Origin: Candidatus Poribacteria bacterium
Lineage (GTDB): Bacteria; Poribacteria; WGA-4E; WGA-3G
Direction of reading: 5' to 3'
Assembly (NCBI GenBank): GCA_964291315.2
Contig: OZ219753.1
Location: 3,168,001-3,232,000, forward strand
Length of the DNA stretch: 64,000 bases
Shown one piece after another: positions 1 to 11,135 of the stretch. The number at the start of each line of letters is the position of its first letter. Within the stretch, counting starts at the first letter, position 1. The notes beneath the pieces are model-generated. The model was given only the letters and a program-made list of their open reading frames with translations. It was not told where the DNA came from and did not search any database. A program made the translations under genes and the position numbers.

Positions 1-631
1 CACCTTTTTTGATGCCATGCCGATGTTCCGGCTATGTGAGACTCCGATGCAAGGTATGCAGGGCGTTGCCAAACGTTTTGTAGACATCATTTTGAGTCTT
101 TTCGCGTTAGTTGCGTTAAGTCCGCTCATGTTAGCAATCGCCGCTGCGATTCGCCTTACCTCACCTGGCGGAGCGATCTTCTGTCAAGAGCGAGTTGGTA
201 GAGCCGGGAAGCGATTTAACATTTATAAGTTCCGCTCGATGCGGGCTGATGCCGAAGAGAAATTGGGGCATATATGGGCAAAAGATGACGATCCACGGGA
301 GACCCCACTCGGGAAATTCTTGAGACGGTGGAGTTTAGACGAACTCCCCCAATTTTTCAATGTCCTCAAAGGCGATATGAGTCTCGTTGGGCCCCGGCCG
401 GAGATGTCTGGTCTCATCGATGCCTTCCGAGAATCGATACCGCACTATCTTACGCGGCAGCGCGTCAAGCCCGGGATGACCGGCTGGGCACAAGTCAATG
501 GTTTACGGGGCAACACCTCCCTTGAAGAACGGGTCTCTTATGACCGATATTATATCGACACCTGGTCCCTCGGGTTGGATATCAAAATCATTTTGAAGAC
601 GTTGTGGGCAATCAAAAAAGGCGGGCGATAA
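1..631 (+). CDS. Polyprenyl-phosphate sugar transferase (WcaJ/Bac_transf family), C-terminal part; the frame is open off the left edge
   Basis: Motifs KRFVDI, YKFRSM, SLDELPQFFNVLKGDMSLVGPRP, KPGMTGWAQVNG. The frame is open from base 2. Confidence 0.9.
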   Translation, partial: TFFDAMPMFRLCETPMQGMQGVAKRFVDIILSLFALVALSPLMLAIAAAIRLTSPGGAIFCQERVGRAGKRFNIYKFRSMRADAEEKLGHIWAKDDDPRETPLGKFLRRWSLDELPQFFNVLKGDMSLVGPRPEMSGLIDAFRESIPHYLTRQRVKPGMTGWAQVNGLRGNTSLEERVSYDRYYIDTWSLGLDIKIILKTLWAIKKGGR

Positions 632-638
632 CCGGTAT

Positions 639-1676
639 CTATTCTGCAAAGTAGCGCCGCACAAAGGGCCATGCCCCAGCTTTATAGTATCGATGCCCTC
701 CCTCACCTATGAAAAGTTCACACCTATCGGCAACACCTGCCACCGTATAGATTTCCTTTAACCGTTCATACGCTAATTTGACATGGTCTATCGGAAAGAT
801 TCGGTCATCTCGCCCCGCGATTGCACAAAACGGGCGCGGTGCGATTAAGCCTGCAATGTCGTACATTTCTCCAAGCCGCATGACCCTTGGCACATAGTTA
901 CACTCACAGTGTCGGATCGTGCCGATGCTGCCTTCAAATGTGCAGAAATAGCAACCCGGTACTGCAACTGCGATGCGAGTGTCACACGCTGCAGCAAAAA
1001 GTGAAACGGTTCCACCGCCGGAATTCCCGGTAATCGCGATGCGGTCAGGATCTACTGGTAGCTGCCTCGTTGCCCAGTCAATAAGCCGTGACATGTCCCA
1101 TACCCGTTCCCCTATCGGGGTGCGTCCGACAAGTATGCTGTGAACCAATTGATGCCGACATGAATGCGTATTATTAGCATGTTTATCCGGCTCCGTTCGT
1201 GTCTCACCGAACGCCCGTGTTGTCGGAGCGATAGCGATGTAACCTTCTTCAACAACTGCCTGGCGTGCAATGTCACGTTCCCCTTCCAACATATGCTTTT
1301 CTTCGGCTTTCGACTCGGCGATACCGGCATAGATGTGCGGATGATTGTGCCCGTGTGGTGCAAGCACTAGTGGAACTTTACCTTTTAGCTTTTTCGGCCG
1401 AAGCATATAAAACGGCAGCGGCACTGTCGGTTCTACCCATAAATACCAACTTTCGCGAAAGTGGTCATTCATCTCCAAGGTTTCGATCTGCTCAGCTTTC
1501 GGAACGTAGTCCGCTAGATCGGATTCCATGTTATCTAGGCCGAGAGTTTCCCGCAACTCCGGGCGAAAATTAGCTTGCCAGGCCAACAGCCCCTCTCGCG
1601 TGGTTTCCTGAAATTCATATTTCCGCGGCACTGTGTCGTATAAGCTTTTGAAATGTACTTCAGCGTTGTACATCAC
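639..1676 (-). CDS. Alpha/beta-hydrolase family protein (dienelactone hydrolase / acetyl esterase-like)
   Basis: Nucleophile elbow ITGNSGGG, then GRDDRIFP and a C-terminal GGHRY (His). Confidence 0.8.
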   Translation of the reverse strand: MMYNAEVHFKSLYDTVPRKYEFQETTREGLLAWQANFRPELRETLGLDNMESDLADYVPKAEQIETLEMNDHFRESWYLWVEPTVPLPFYMLRPKKLKGKVPLVLAPHGHNHPHIYAGIAESKAEEKHMLEGERDIARQAVVEEGYIAIAPTTRAFGETRTEPDKHANNTHSCRHQLVHSILVGRTPIGERVWDMSRLIDWATRQLPVDPDRIAITGNSGGGTVSLFAAACDTRIAVAVPGCYFCTFEGSIGTIRHCECNYVPRVMRLGEMYDIAGLIAPRPFCAIAGRDDRIFPIDHVKLAYERLKEIYTVAGVADRCELFIGEGGHRYYKAGAWPFVRRYFAE

Positions 1677-1710
1677 GTTTCTCCTTCGCAGATGCGGTCA
1701 ATTGAATCGC

Positions 1711-1738
1711 TTGACAAAATTCATGGCTCTGTTATAAT
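1711..1738 (+). promoter_or_regulatory. Sigma70-type promoter
   Basis: TTGACA-16 bp-TATAAT upstream of the 1940 gene. Confidence 0.6.
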
Positions 1739-1809
1739 ATTGGCTTGTAGACTTCGAAATAAATTTTAAAAGAGAATAAAGGATACGCGAATACCTGTCA
1801 ACATAATTC

Positions 1810-1915
1810 AGGAATTATGCAAAGTCGAAAGGTAGCCCTACTTCTCCACAGAATTCGGGCACTGATGTCCGCAAAAACGAGGCAGTTTTCCGACCGTATG
1901 CCTTGCGTAAGTCCT
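1810..1915. repeat. Small MITE/REP-like element with 13-bp terminal inverted repeats
   Basis: AGGAATTATGCAA (1810-1822) and TTGCGTAAGTCCT (1903-1915) are reverse complements with 2 mismatches. Confidence 0.5.
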
Positions 1916-1939
1916 AAAAGTGAGTGAAAGATTTTTTAT

Positions 1940-2824
1940 ATGAAAATATTGATAACTGGAGCAAGCGGCAGGCTTGGCCGATATGTGATCCGAGAATTAA
2001 CAGCGAAACACGAATTAGTGTTGATGTCGCGCAGAACGCCGCCAGATGAATTTTCACACCTGCCCTTTATTCAAGGCGACCTGAACAATTTTGAGGACTG
2101 CCAACGCGCTGTTAAGGGTGTGGAGGCGATTCAACACCTCGGCGCTCAACCGAATCCGGTCGATCATCCGGAGTTCCGATCAGGTGCAGCAGAAAACGGT
2201 ATCCCGTTCGATGCAACTTTCAAAACAAATATGCTCGGCACCTATTACCTCATGCAAGCAGCGATTGAAGCAGATGTACACACGGTGGTGATGTGCGGCA
2301 GCAATTGTGCGTTGGGGCACGGCTTCCGAATCAGCAAAACCAATATTCCAATAGACTATCTGCCTATCGATGAAAAACACCCATGCTACCCCGAAGATTC
2401 CTATAGCTTTTCTAAACGTTGTGGTGAGGATCTGTTAGCAAGCTACACCCGCGCGTACGGGATCCGAACCTACGTCACACGTCCCGCGGGTATCAGTCCT
2501 GAAGAACGACGAAAGCAGATGGCAGAAACCACTAAACCAACGACCCATTGGACACCCTGGCTCTGGTGTTGGGTTGGGAGTGAAGATGTCGCTAGGGCGC
2601 ACCGCCTCCTGATGGAAAAGGCGGCTACCCTTCCCCCACATGATGTCTATTTTCTGAATGCTAATGATACTTCGGCATTAGAGCCCTCTCAAGAATTAGT
2701 TGAATGCTTCAAACCTGAACTCCTTCCGAAAGTGAGATCACTTCAAGGACATCAATCCTTTATCAATTGTAACAAACTGAAATCTGCTGTCGGATGGCAG
2801 CACAAAACATCGTGGCGGGTATAG
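1940..2824 (+). CDS. NAD-dependent epimerase/dehydratase (extended SDR)
   Basis: N-terminal TGASGRLG Rossmann motif and YSFSK (YxxxK). Confidence 0.85.
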   Translation: MKILITGASGRLGRYVIRELTAKHELVLMSRRTPPDEFSHLPFIQGDLNNFEDCQRAVKGVEAIQHLGAQPNPVDHPEFRSGAAENGIPFDATFKTNMLGTYYLMQAAIEADVHTVVMCGSNCALGHGFRISKTNIPIDYLPIDEKHPCYPEDSYSFSKRCGEDLLASYTRAYGIRTYVTRPAGISPEERRKQMAETTKPTTHWTPWLWCWVGSEDVARAHRLLMEKAATLPPHDVYFLNANDTSALEPSQELVECFKPELLPKVRSLQGHQSFINCNKLKSAVGWQHKTSWRV

Positions 2825-2941
2825 TGCAGGCTGTCGGCCTTCGATTCTCCATCAAGAGCTCCATGTGGTAGGTACACAAAATGGAATTGCTACATTGACA
2901 TAGCTGATAACTAAATACGATATAAAATTGGAGGAATTATC

Positions 2942-4024
2942 ATGTCAACGGGTGATAGAGTACGGATCGGTGTTGTCGGCGTTGGTAGCATTTCTGTCCG
3001 TGGAATCCTGCCACACCTCACACAAGACGACGTTCAAGACAGATTAGAGGTAACCGCTGTCTGTGATCCCGTTCCGGGTAGGGCGCAAGCCGCATCCGAG
3101 AGGTTCAATGTCCCGCATGCTTACGAGACTTATGAGGCACTTCTGGCAGATGGACATGTGGATGCCGTCAGCATCGCCTCGCCTATCGGTCTTCATTATG
3201 AGCAGGGTAGACTTGCCATCGAGCATGGTATTCATGCCCATTTCAACAAGACGATGACAACGTCCGTTGACGAAGCGGACGACCTCATTGAATCAGCGGC
3301 GCGCCGGGGTGTTAAATTAGTGGCATCCCCAGGGGAGATGCTCCGTCCTATCCATCAAAAAATTCGCAGGCTCATTAACGAGGGGGCTATCGGAACTCTA
3401 ACGTGGGCAGCCGCCGGATCAGCTTTCGGGAGCTACCATGAAAACGAATCTGTCAGGCACGGCAACGATCCGCTTTCGAATATCAATCCTGCGTGGTACT
3501 TCCGTAAACCCGGCGGTGGTCCTCTCTACGACATGACCGTTTACGGTTTGCATGCGATGACTGGCATCCTTGGCCCCGCAAAACGTGTGACAGCGTTCTC
3601 TGGTGTTCGTATTAAAGAACGAGAATTCCGGGGGGAGATGCTGCCTTGCGATATGGACGATAACACCTTCATTCTGCTCGACTTTGGCAAAGCATTTTTC
3701 GGATTTGCCTACGGCGCAGCCGCCGGATCGGTTGTCAGTGGAAGACTAGCAATCCACGGCACCACTGGCACGATTGAGGGGAATTTGCTGAACAAGAAAC
3801 GGATTGAGATATCGGATGCGGAACTTCCGCACGTCGTAGGACCCCATCGCAACATTCAGGAATCACATGTCTATGAAGATATTATGCAGTTGGTGGATTG
3901 GATCCGCGAGGGTAAACCGACGATTGTCACGGCGGAGCATGCGCGACATGTCATAGAGATTTTTGATGCAGGCTACACGTCTGCACAAACCGGTCAAGCA
4001 CAAGTGTTGAGAACTACATTCTAA
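2942..4024 (+). CDS. Gfo/Idh/MocA family oxidoreductase
   Basis: RIGVVGVGSI, GGGPLYDMTVY and the family domain layout. Confidence 0.85.
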   Translation: MSTGDRVRIGVVGVGSISVRGILPHLTQDDVQDRLEVTAVCDPVPGRAQAASERFNVPHAYETYEALLADGHVDAVSIASPIGLHYEQGRLAIEHGIHAHFNKTMTTSVDEADDLIESAARRGVKLVASPGEMLRPIHQKIRRLINEGAIGTLTWAAAGSAFGSYHENESVRHGNDPLSNINPAWYFRKPGGGPLYDMTVYGLHAMTGILGPAKRVTAFSGVRIKEREFRGEMLPCDMDDNTFILLDFGKAFFGFAYGAAAGSVVSGRLAIHGTTGTIEGNLLNKKRIEISDAELPHVVGPHRNIQESHVYEDIMQLVDWIREGKPTIVTAEHARHVIEIFDAGYTSAQTGQAQVLRTTF

Positions 4025-4043
4025 TAAGGAACGGAACACTTTT

Positions 4044-5000
4044 ATGCCCAAAGCTCTATGTATCGGAGAACTCCTCATCGACTTTGTGTCCACGACACCT
4101 GACGTAACCCTCGCTGAAGCCCCGGGATTCGTTAAATCCCCCGGGGGCGCGCCCGCTAATGTTGCTGTCGGACTAGCTAAACTCGGTATAGACAGTGGGT
4201 TTATCGGAAAGGTTGGTACAGACGCATTCGGCGATTTCCTGCGCGATACCCTTCAACAAAACAACGTGGATACCACCTACCTCATCGCCGGAGAGGAATC
4301 GCGAACGACATTAGCTTTCGTAGCTACACGCTCTGATGGCATGAAAGACATCATCTTCTATCGGCATCCGGGGGCGGATATCCAACTCTCTTCAGAGGAA
4401 ATCGACACGCGTTATGTCGAATTAGCGGAACTCTTCCACTACGGTTCTGTTAGTCTTAGCCATTCGCCAAGCCGCGAGGCAACGCTTCATGCAATCCAAT
4501 CTGCAAAGGCGAGCGGCGCAATGATTTCCTACGATCCGAATTTGCGGTTACCCCTGTGGGACACTGTCGGCGATGCCAAACGCTGGATCTGGGAGGTCAT
4601 GCCCTACGCAGATGTCGTCAAGATATCAGAAGAAGAGTGGGCGTTCGTTACAGGAGATACTGAACTAACTAGCGGGGTTGAGCGTATTCTTGGACTTGGT
4701 GTAACATTGCTAGTTGTTACGTTAGGTGAACGCGGCTGCTACTACACAAACGGTACTGTTGAGGGTTATGTTGACGGTTTTGCTGTTGATGTTGTTGATA
4801 CGCTTGGCGCGGGCGATGCCTTCGTTGCTGCTATGCTCATGCAATTGATGAAGCATGGGAATATCAGAGGGCTTGACGCGGCGCGCCTGAGTGCAATTAT
4901 GCGTTATGCGAATGCAGCGGGAGCGTCAGCAACCCAAAAAATAGGCGTAATTCCTGCATTGCCAACGCTATCTGAGATTGAACAGTTCTTGGAAGAGTAA
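4044..5000 (+). CDS. PfkB family carbohydrate kinase (fructokinase-like)
   Basis: GGAPANVA, YDPNLR and DTLGAGDAF signatures. Confidence 0.9.
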   Translation: MPKALCIGELLIDFVSTTPDVTLAEAPGFVKSPGGAPANVAVGLAKLGIDSGFIGKVGTDAFGDFLRDTLQQNNVDTTYLIAGEESRTTLAFVATRSDGMKDIIFYRHPGADIQLSSEEIDTRYVELAELFHYGSVSLSHSPSREATLHAIQSAKASGAMISYDPNLRLPLWDTVGDAKRWIWEVMPYADVVKISEEEWAFVTGDTELTSGVERILGLGVTLLVVTLGERGCYYTNGTVEGYVDGFAVDVVDTLGAGDAFVAAMLMQLMKHGNIRGLDAARLSAIMRYANAAGASATQKIGVIPALPTLSEIEQFLEE

Positions 5001-5058
5001 CCGCTCATTAAATTGAACTCGCGTTTGAGACAAAATGATGAAACATGGGAAAACCTGT

Positions 5059-7062
5059 TTACTGCACAGTTATCAGTATCGGTTCAACGCCCAGCATTTT
5101 TTGAATACGTTGCCGGAGCGCTGCTGCGTCTTCGCGTGTGCCAAACTCTCCGATCGTCACACGGTGCCTCGCCTTACCATCAACACTAGTGATATGTACG
5201 GTAACCTTCTGGTTGGGATTTTGATTCCGTAACTGTGTTTCCAACCTTTTAGCATAACGGGCTTCTACAAACGAACCGACCATGAGCGTTAATTTCGGTT
5301 GCGGGTCATTGACTGACGCTTGTTCCGTTTTGGGAGCTGCCTGATGCTCTGTCCCTAGATCGAGTTGTACCTGTTGCTTGTTCTGATTGCCTGCTATATC
5401 CTGAACGCTTAATTTACAAGTATACCGAGCGAGTGGTTTTGTTTGTAAGCTGCTTAAAAAAACTTCTGTTGGTGGGGGCCCGTTTCCTTCCATTTGTTCA
5501 ACAATCATGTTGCTGGCGTCAAAAATTTCCATCTTCCAACGTGCAAGCGGGTTGAGGTCCAAAGTCTTGATACCGACGGAATACCACCCGCGCGTTCCGT
5601 GTTGATTGATCGTTGCTGCTTTCCTAAAGATTTCTAATGTTGTTGGAATAACATCTACCGTGATCTTTGCGCTATCGATGAGATGCGGTGTGCCGTGTAC
5701 GTCTAAAACATGCAGATGTGCTTCGTAGTTGCCATCAGGCACCAGCTTGCCGGTATCGGCAATGCCATTCCAGATGATGCCTTCTATAGGTGCCCCTCTT
5801 CCTGATTGTTCCCAGACACTCTCGGTGTATTCATCAATAAGCGCCAGCCGCCAGTTAGTGTCTGCCGAGGCATTAAAATGGAAAGTGGTGCTATCTGCAA
5901 AGCCGTCGTTATTCGGTGAAATTGCGTGTTCAGAGACTCGTAGTTCTCCAAGGAATGCCGTGATTCCGGTTTCCGTTGTGAGGGTAGTTGGCATTAAAAT
6001 TGGAATACTTTCATCGGGGTTGTATATTTCGACAGTTGGTTCGACGAGAGTTGGTTCTGGGAGCGGTGCTGCCTCGCTCGTACCCCAACGTAAGGTTGCG
6101 GAAAGCCAATGGATAGACTGTTCCAATTCCTTACCACTCACATAGGCATAATCAAGTTGTCCCGACGAATTCCGGAAACTGAAACCTCGCGCCCATTCCC
6201 CGGCTTTGACTCTTTCGGAAGCCATTAGAGCCGTGTATCCAAGACGTAGGCCTAGATGCCCACGAATCAGCCAGCGTTCCGCGCCAAGGTGCAATCGGAG
6301 TCTCTCGCCCCAATGTCCGCTATTTTCGCCTCGGACAGCGAGGTCCACAGAGAACAACGTTTCACCGCCTAATTGATACGTTGTTCCGAAGCGCGCTGCT
6401 AATGGGACACTCTCAAGGAGGACGCCGTCCATCCGAATCCCATTACTCAATTCGGATAAATTCACGCCTACGGTTACCGAGTCTGCTGATTCTCCGGATT
6501 TTTTCAACGGATAGGTGAATTGCATACCCAGATCTAAGCTCCAGAGGAAATTTGTCCTACTAGGTGTACTATTTTGATAGTAGCGCAGATTTGCGCCCAC
6601 TGATGCGCTTCGGCCTAATGCAAACCCATAGCCTAGAAGCACGATCTGTGTGGAATCAGTTGTATCTCCCTGCCAGCCATCGAGCCAGGTCGCAACGGAT
6701 AGGTTGCCAACGTTCTTATCCGTTAAACCGAAAGTATGAGGATTCGCGGCGATTGAGAACGCCTGCTCCAATCCTGATGAGCTTCCTGAAAAGGGCATAC
6801 CACCCATATTCACTTCAACACCGTCCATAAAACCGAGTGATGAAGGGTTCCAAAGAAACCCACTTGTTGCGGCGGGGCCCGCCGTAAAAGCGCTTCCCAT
6901 ACCGACAGCGCGTGCACTAGCACCGACAAAAATATCTCGATGATTAATGCCAGAAGCCCACGTAGGAATGGAAACAACGAGAAACGCTATTATGATAACA
7001 CCTGTCGCTCGCCAAATTCGGATTGACGAGGGGCTAGTGAATTTAAAAAAATGTAATTGCAT
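5059..7062 (-). CDS. Secreted/outer-membrane protein: PorV/FadL-like barrel, FlgD-like Ig domains, C-terminal SPOR domain
   Basis: Signal peptide, ARAVGMGSAF...WNP barrel start, ISPNNDG and WNG...PDGNY Ig motifs, C-terminal VGSF...HRVTIGEF SPOR-like segment. Confidence 0.7.
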   Translation of the reverse strand: MQLHFFKFTSPSSIRIWRATGVIIIAFLVVSIPTWASGINHRDIFVGASARAVGMGSAFTAGPAATSGFLWNPSSLGFMDGVEVNMGGMPFSGSSSGLEQAFSIAANPHTFGLTDKNVGNLSVATWLDGWQGDTTDSTQIVLLGYGFALGRSASVGANLRYYQNSTPSRTNFLWSLDLGMQFTYPLKKSGESADSVTVGVNLSELSNGIRMDGVLLESVPLAARFGTTYQLGGETLFSVDLAVRGENSGHWGERLRLHLGAERWLIRGHLGLRLGYTALMASERVKAGEWARGFSFRNSSGQLDYAYVSGKELEQSIHWLSATLRWGTSEAAPLPEPTLVEPTVEIYNPDESIPILMPTTLTTETGITAFLGELRVSEHAISPNNDGFADSTTFHFNASADTNWRLALIDEYTESVWEQSGRGAPIEGIIWNGIADTGKLVPDGNYEAHLHVLDVHGTPHLIDSAKITVDVIPTTLEIFRKAATINQHGTRGWYSVGIKTLDLNPLARWKMEIFDASNMIVEQMEGNGPPPTEVFLSSLQTKPLARYTCKLSVQDIAGNQNKQQVQLDLGTEHQAAPKTEQASVNDPQPKLTLMVGSFVEARYAKRLETQLRNQNPNQKVTVHITSVDGKARHRVTIGEFGTREDAAALRQRIQKMLGVEPILITVQ

Positions 7063-7486
7063 CGCATAGACTCCATTTTTCTGACAGCGTGCTTACCTAT
7101 ATCCGACCTCTCTTTATCTATTTGATAATACCCTATGGAACACGCTTTTTTTAAAGGATCCTCTTTATCTCAAACGTTACAAACGTTACACTGTAAGCTT
7201 TGCCTACTATACTTTAACGTCAAATCTATAAGAATAGGTACACACATCAGGCAAGATATATACAAACAATCCCAAAAACTGGTATCATCCTGAGTCTGAA
7301 GGCAAAATGTGTCAAAAACCCGCGTTATTCGTCTCAGCTGTGTAAGCCGCGATTCAGACGTTACTTTCCCGCCGCCCTATATTTTCCTTGATTTTTTCTC
7401 TGCCGTGTGCTAAAGTTAAAATAGGTTATTTTGCTGGGAACACCTCATAAAAACCACTCTTATCCTAAAACAAAGGTTACCACTCT

Positions 7487-9471
7487 ATGCCCAAACACAA
7501 CTTCAATGAGAGACTGACAGCACTCCTCAAAACTGACACTGATTTTATCGACGACGCAGGCGAACTCATCCTCGCCGCTGTCAGAGAACACGCTTGGAGA
7601 CTCGACCACAACCTCATCAGATTACTCATCACCGACACAGAGATTAAGAAAACCTTCTTTCACGAGATCGAAGGACATTGGGTCTTCAATCACAATACCT
7701 TCGTTAACTATATCACCGATAAAAACTTCCTCGCCAATTCCTACACCCGTTTCCGAAATAAAATCGGCTTGAATATCGGCGGCAAATATCTCCGAGAACG
7801 CGGTGAAGTGTCGCTGGTTTGGCCTTACAAAGACTGCGTTCTGGAAGGCGGGCAGACGCGCGAAGAAGAGCAGCGTGCGGAGATATTTTTCAATGAGGTG
7901 CTTGCACAAGATGAGATAGATCGGCTGTTTGATCCGAAGGTTCTGACGAGTTGGCGGCGTTATACGTCTGATATTCTGGTTGACAAAAGCGGGGGGGGGT
8001 ATTTCATGATAAGTATACCGAAGGTGGCGTGGGAGAACTGAAGCGAGATGAGAACGGGGTTATTCGTGAGAACCTCATTATCAAAGGCAACAATCTCATC
8101 GCGCTCCACACGCTCAAGCAGCAATTCCGCGGACAGGTCAAGCTCATCTACATCGACCCGCCGTATAATACCGGAAATGACAGTTTCGGTTACAACGACA
8201 AATTTAACCATTCCAGCTGGCTAACCTTCATGAGAAATCGATTGGATATAGCAAGAGAATTGTTAAGAGAGGACGGTGTCGTTTTTGTACAATGCGATGA
8301 TAATGAGCAGGCCTATCTGAAAGTTTTAATGGACGAAGTTTTTGGCAGTAAAAATTTCGTCTCAAACTCCGTAGTGGTCATAAATAGGGGTGGTCGAGAT
8401 TATGGAGGGATAGCGCGAACGCACGAATACCTTTTGGTATATTCAAAAGAACCACAAACTGAGCTAAATCAGATAGAAGAAAAAGACAAAAAATTTGCTT
8501 ACGAAGATGATCGCGGCGGCTTTAACTTAATGGAATTGAGAAACCGTAATGTTCGATTTAATTCTGAGAATTGCCCAAGTTTATGTTATCCATTTTATGT
8601 CAACCCAGCCGACGTAGATATCAACGGTTTATTGGAGCTCTCATTAGAGAGAAAACCGGGGTTTGTCGAAGTGATGCCGTTAAAATCTCAGGGCGTGCAG
8701 ACCGTCTGGAGGTGGGGTCGGGAAAGAGCCCTTAAGTATCTAAACACTGAAATAAAAGGGAAATCGAGACGGAATGGCGGTTACATGATTGTTCAAAAAT
8801 ATAGGAGTACCTCTAAACGTCAAAGAAGCGTTTGGGACGAGAAAGCGTTTGTAAACCAAAGAGGAACTGCACACATAAAAGCCTTGTTTAACGGAAGCGT
8901 TTTTGATTATCCAAAATCAGAGCATCTAATCGCACGGATTATTGAGCTCGGCAGCAAAGTCGGGGACATTATTTTAGATTTCCAGCTCGGATCCGGGACA
9001 GCTGCCACTGCCGCCCATAAAATGAGGCGGCAGTATATAGGTATTGAGCAGATGGATTATATTACCGAGGTGACTCTGCCGCGACTCAGCAGTGTCATTG
9101 CCGGTGAACAAGGCGGCATCTCTGAATCAGTCAAGTGGCAAGGCGGCGGTGATTTCATCTATTGTGAGCTAACGCCATATAACCAAAGCTATATGGACAA
9201 AATCCAAGCCGCACAAACCTCTGAAGAACTGATCGCCCTCTGGCGAGAGATCGCTGAAAACTCATTTCTGAATTGGTATGTCAACGCCGAAGTGCCCCAA
9301 GAGGCGATAAACGACTTCAAGGCTATCAGGGACGTGCAGAAACAGAAGCATCTATTGGCAGAACTTCTGGATAAAAACCAGCTGTATGTCAATCTCTCGG
9401 AGATAGAAGACGCAGATTTTAGGATTAGCGAGGAAGATAAAACCTTAAACAAGGCGTTTTATGGCGAATAA
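7487..9471 (+). CDS. mod: Type III R-M Mod DNA methyltransferase, frameshifted at a G9 tract (7991-7999). G10 gives a 661-aa protein. No res gene adjacent.
   Basis: ORF 7487-8041 is the Mod N-terminus. ORF 8029-9471 has NLIIKGNNL, IYIDPPYN and DFQLGSGT. The downstream frame is open from the tract onward (V-F-H-D-K-Y-T-E-G-G-V). Confidence 0.85.
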
Positions 9472-9661
9472 AAAATTTCACGGCGGGCAAAAGACGATAG
9501 GAAGCACAGGGATCTATCCGTTGTGAGTATCACCGTAGCAGTATTGACAATATTTATGCCCCTGCTCGTTGTTCCTAAAATTTGATTTAAAAGTCAGTTT
9601 TTGATATAATACGGTTTTAAAGTAAACACTTCTAATTGCAACGCGAAAGGAGATTCCGGTC

Positions 9662-10540
9662 ATGCGAGAATTTGGGTATATTGACGCGAAAACTGTATCG
9701 GAAGCTGTTACCCTACTCGATAAGAAAGGGCAGACTGCGCGGATTTTAGCCGGCGGTACCGATCTTATCGTCCAAGTGAGAGAAGCACAGAGAGATGTTG
9801 ACTGGATGATCGATATCAAATCCATCCCTGAGGTCAACGTATTAGATTATAATGCGGATGCTGGTTTAACGCTCGGTGCTGCCGTGGAATGTTATAAGAT
9901 TTATGCTGTTGACGAGATCTGTGATGCCTATCCATGTTTAGTTGATGCTGCCAAAATTATTGGGGGCACTGCAATTCAAGGACGCGCGGGGGTTGGTGGT
10001 AATTTGTGTAACGCCTCACCTGCGGCAGATACCATACCGCCTCTAATTGTGTTAAATGCCATTTGTGTCATCGCCGGCCCAAACGGTGAACGCCAGCTGC
10101 CAGTTGAACAATTCTGTACCGGCCCTGGGCAGACTGCGTTAGAAACGGGGGAGATACTTGTATCCTTAAAGATACCGGCACCTGCCAGCAATTCAAGCTC
10201 CTACTATCTCCGGTTCATTCCACGCAACGAGATGGATATCGCTGTTGTCGGTGCAGGTGCTTCTGTGAGGCTTGACGATGCTAAACAGTCCATTGTCTCT
10301 GCTCGGATCGCGCTCGGTGCTGTTGCACCAACGCCGCTGTTTGCAGAAGAGGCGAGTGGGCTACTCGCGGGGCGTGAAGTCTCTAATACCGCGATTGACG
10401 AAGCCGCAGCGGCTGCGCAAGCGATCGCCCGCCCGATTAGCGATATGCGTGGAACGGCAGAGCAGCGGACACACCTTGTTGGTGTACTGACGCGGCGCGC
10501 CCTCAATGGTGCAATCCAGAGAATCCGTGACGCAGCATAA
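9662..10540 (+). CDS. Xanthine dehydrogenase / CoxM-family FAD-binding subunit
   Basis: AGGTDL, GGNLCNASPAAD and ISDMRGTAEQR. Confidence 0.9.
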   Translation: MREFGYIDAKTVSEAVTLLDKKGQTARILAGGTDLIVQVREAQRDVDWMIDIKSIPEVNVLDYNADAGLTLGAAVECYKIYAVDEICDAYPCLVDAAKIIGGTAIQGRAGVGGNLCNASPAADTIPPLIVLNAICVIAGPNGERQLPVEQFCTGPGQTALETGEILVSLKIPAPASNSSSYYLRFIPRNEMDIAVVGAGASVRLDDAKQSIVSARIALGAVAPTPLFAEEASGLLAGREVSNTAIDEAAAAAQAIARPISDMRGTAEQRTHLVGVLTRRALNGAIQRIRDAA

Positions 10541-10634
10541 ACATTCTTGTTTTACCTGCATCGGTTGATTAACGTTTCTCTATCGGAAGGACACACCCTT
10601 CCTTCTTCACTCAATGCAAAAGGAACTCATAACT

Positions 10635-11105
10635 ATGGCGAGAAAATCGCACGTTCAAACCGCTATTAATGGTGAAACGGTGGAATTTCTATGTGAGCCC
10701 CGGCAGAGTTTGCTGGAAATTCTCAGAGATGAACTCCACCTTACTGGTGCTAAAGAGGGATGCAACAACGGAAATTGTGGTGCCTGTTGTGTCATTCTCG
10801 ATGGCAGACTCGTCAATTCATGCTTGGTCTTGGGGGTCGAGACTGAAGGCAAATCCGTTGAAACGATCGAAGGACTTGCTGAACCCGAAAAATTGCACCC
10901 CATTCAGGAAGCTTTCCTCGAAAACGCAGCGCTTCAATGCGGTATCTGTACTCCGGGCTTTATCATGAGTGCGAAAGCACTTCTTGATAAAACCCCAAAC
11001 CCGACTGAACACGAAATTCGATACTGGTTGGCCGGAAATTTATGTCGCTGTACCGGTTACGATAAAATTGTTCGAGCTGTGCTCGACGCAGCCGCAGCTA
11101 TGTGA
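10635..11105 (+). CDS. Xanthine dehydrogenase / CoxS-family 2Fe-2S subunit
   Basis: [18 protein letters not shown] and [11 protein letters not shown] at 10635 follows an AAGGA RBS. Confidence 0.92.
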   Translation: MARKSHVQTAINGETVEFLCEPRQSLLEILRDELHLTGAKEGCNNGNCGACCVILDGRLVNSCLVLGVETEGKSVETIEGLAEPEKLHPIQEAFLENAALQCGICTPGFIMSAKALLDKTPNPTEHEIRYWLAGNLCRCTGYDKIVRAVLDAAAAM

Positions 11106-11135
11106 AAGGAGCGTCTCTCGACGAAAAAATAGAAA

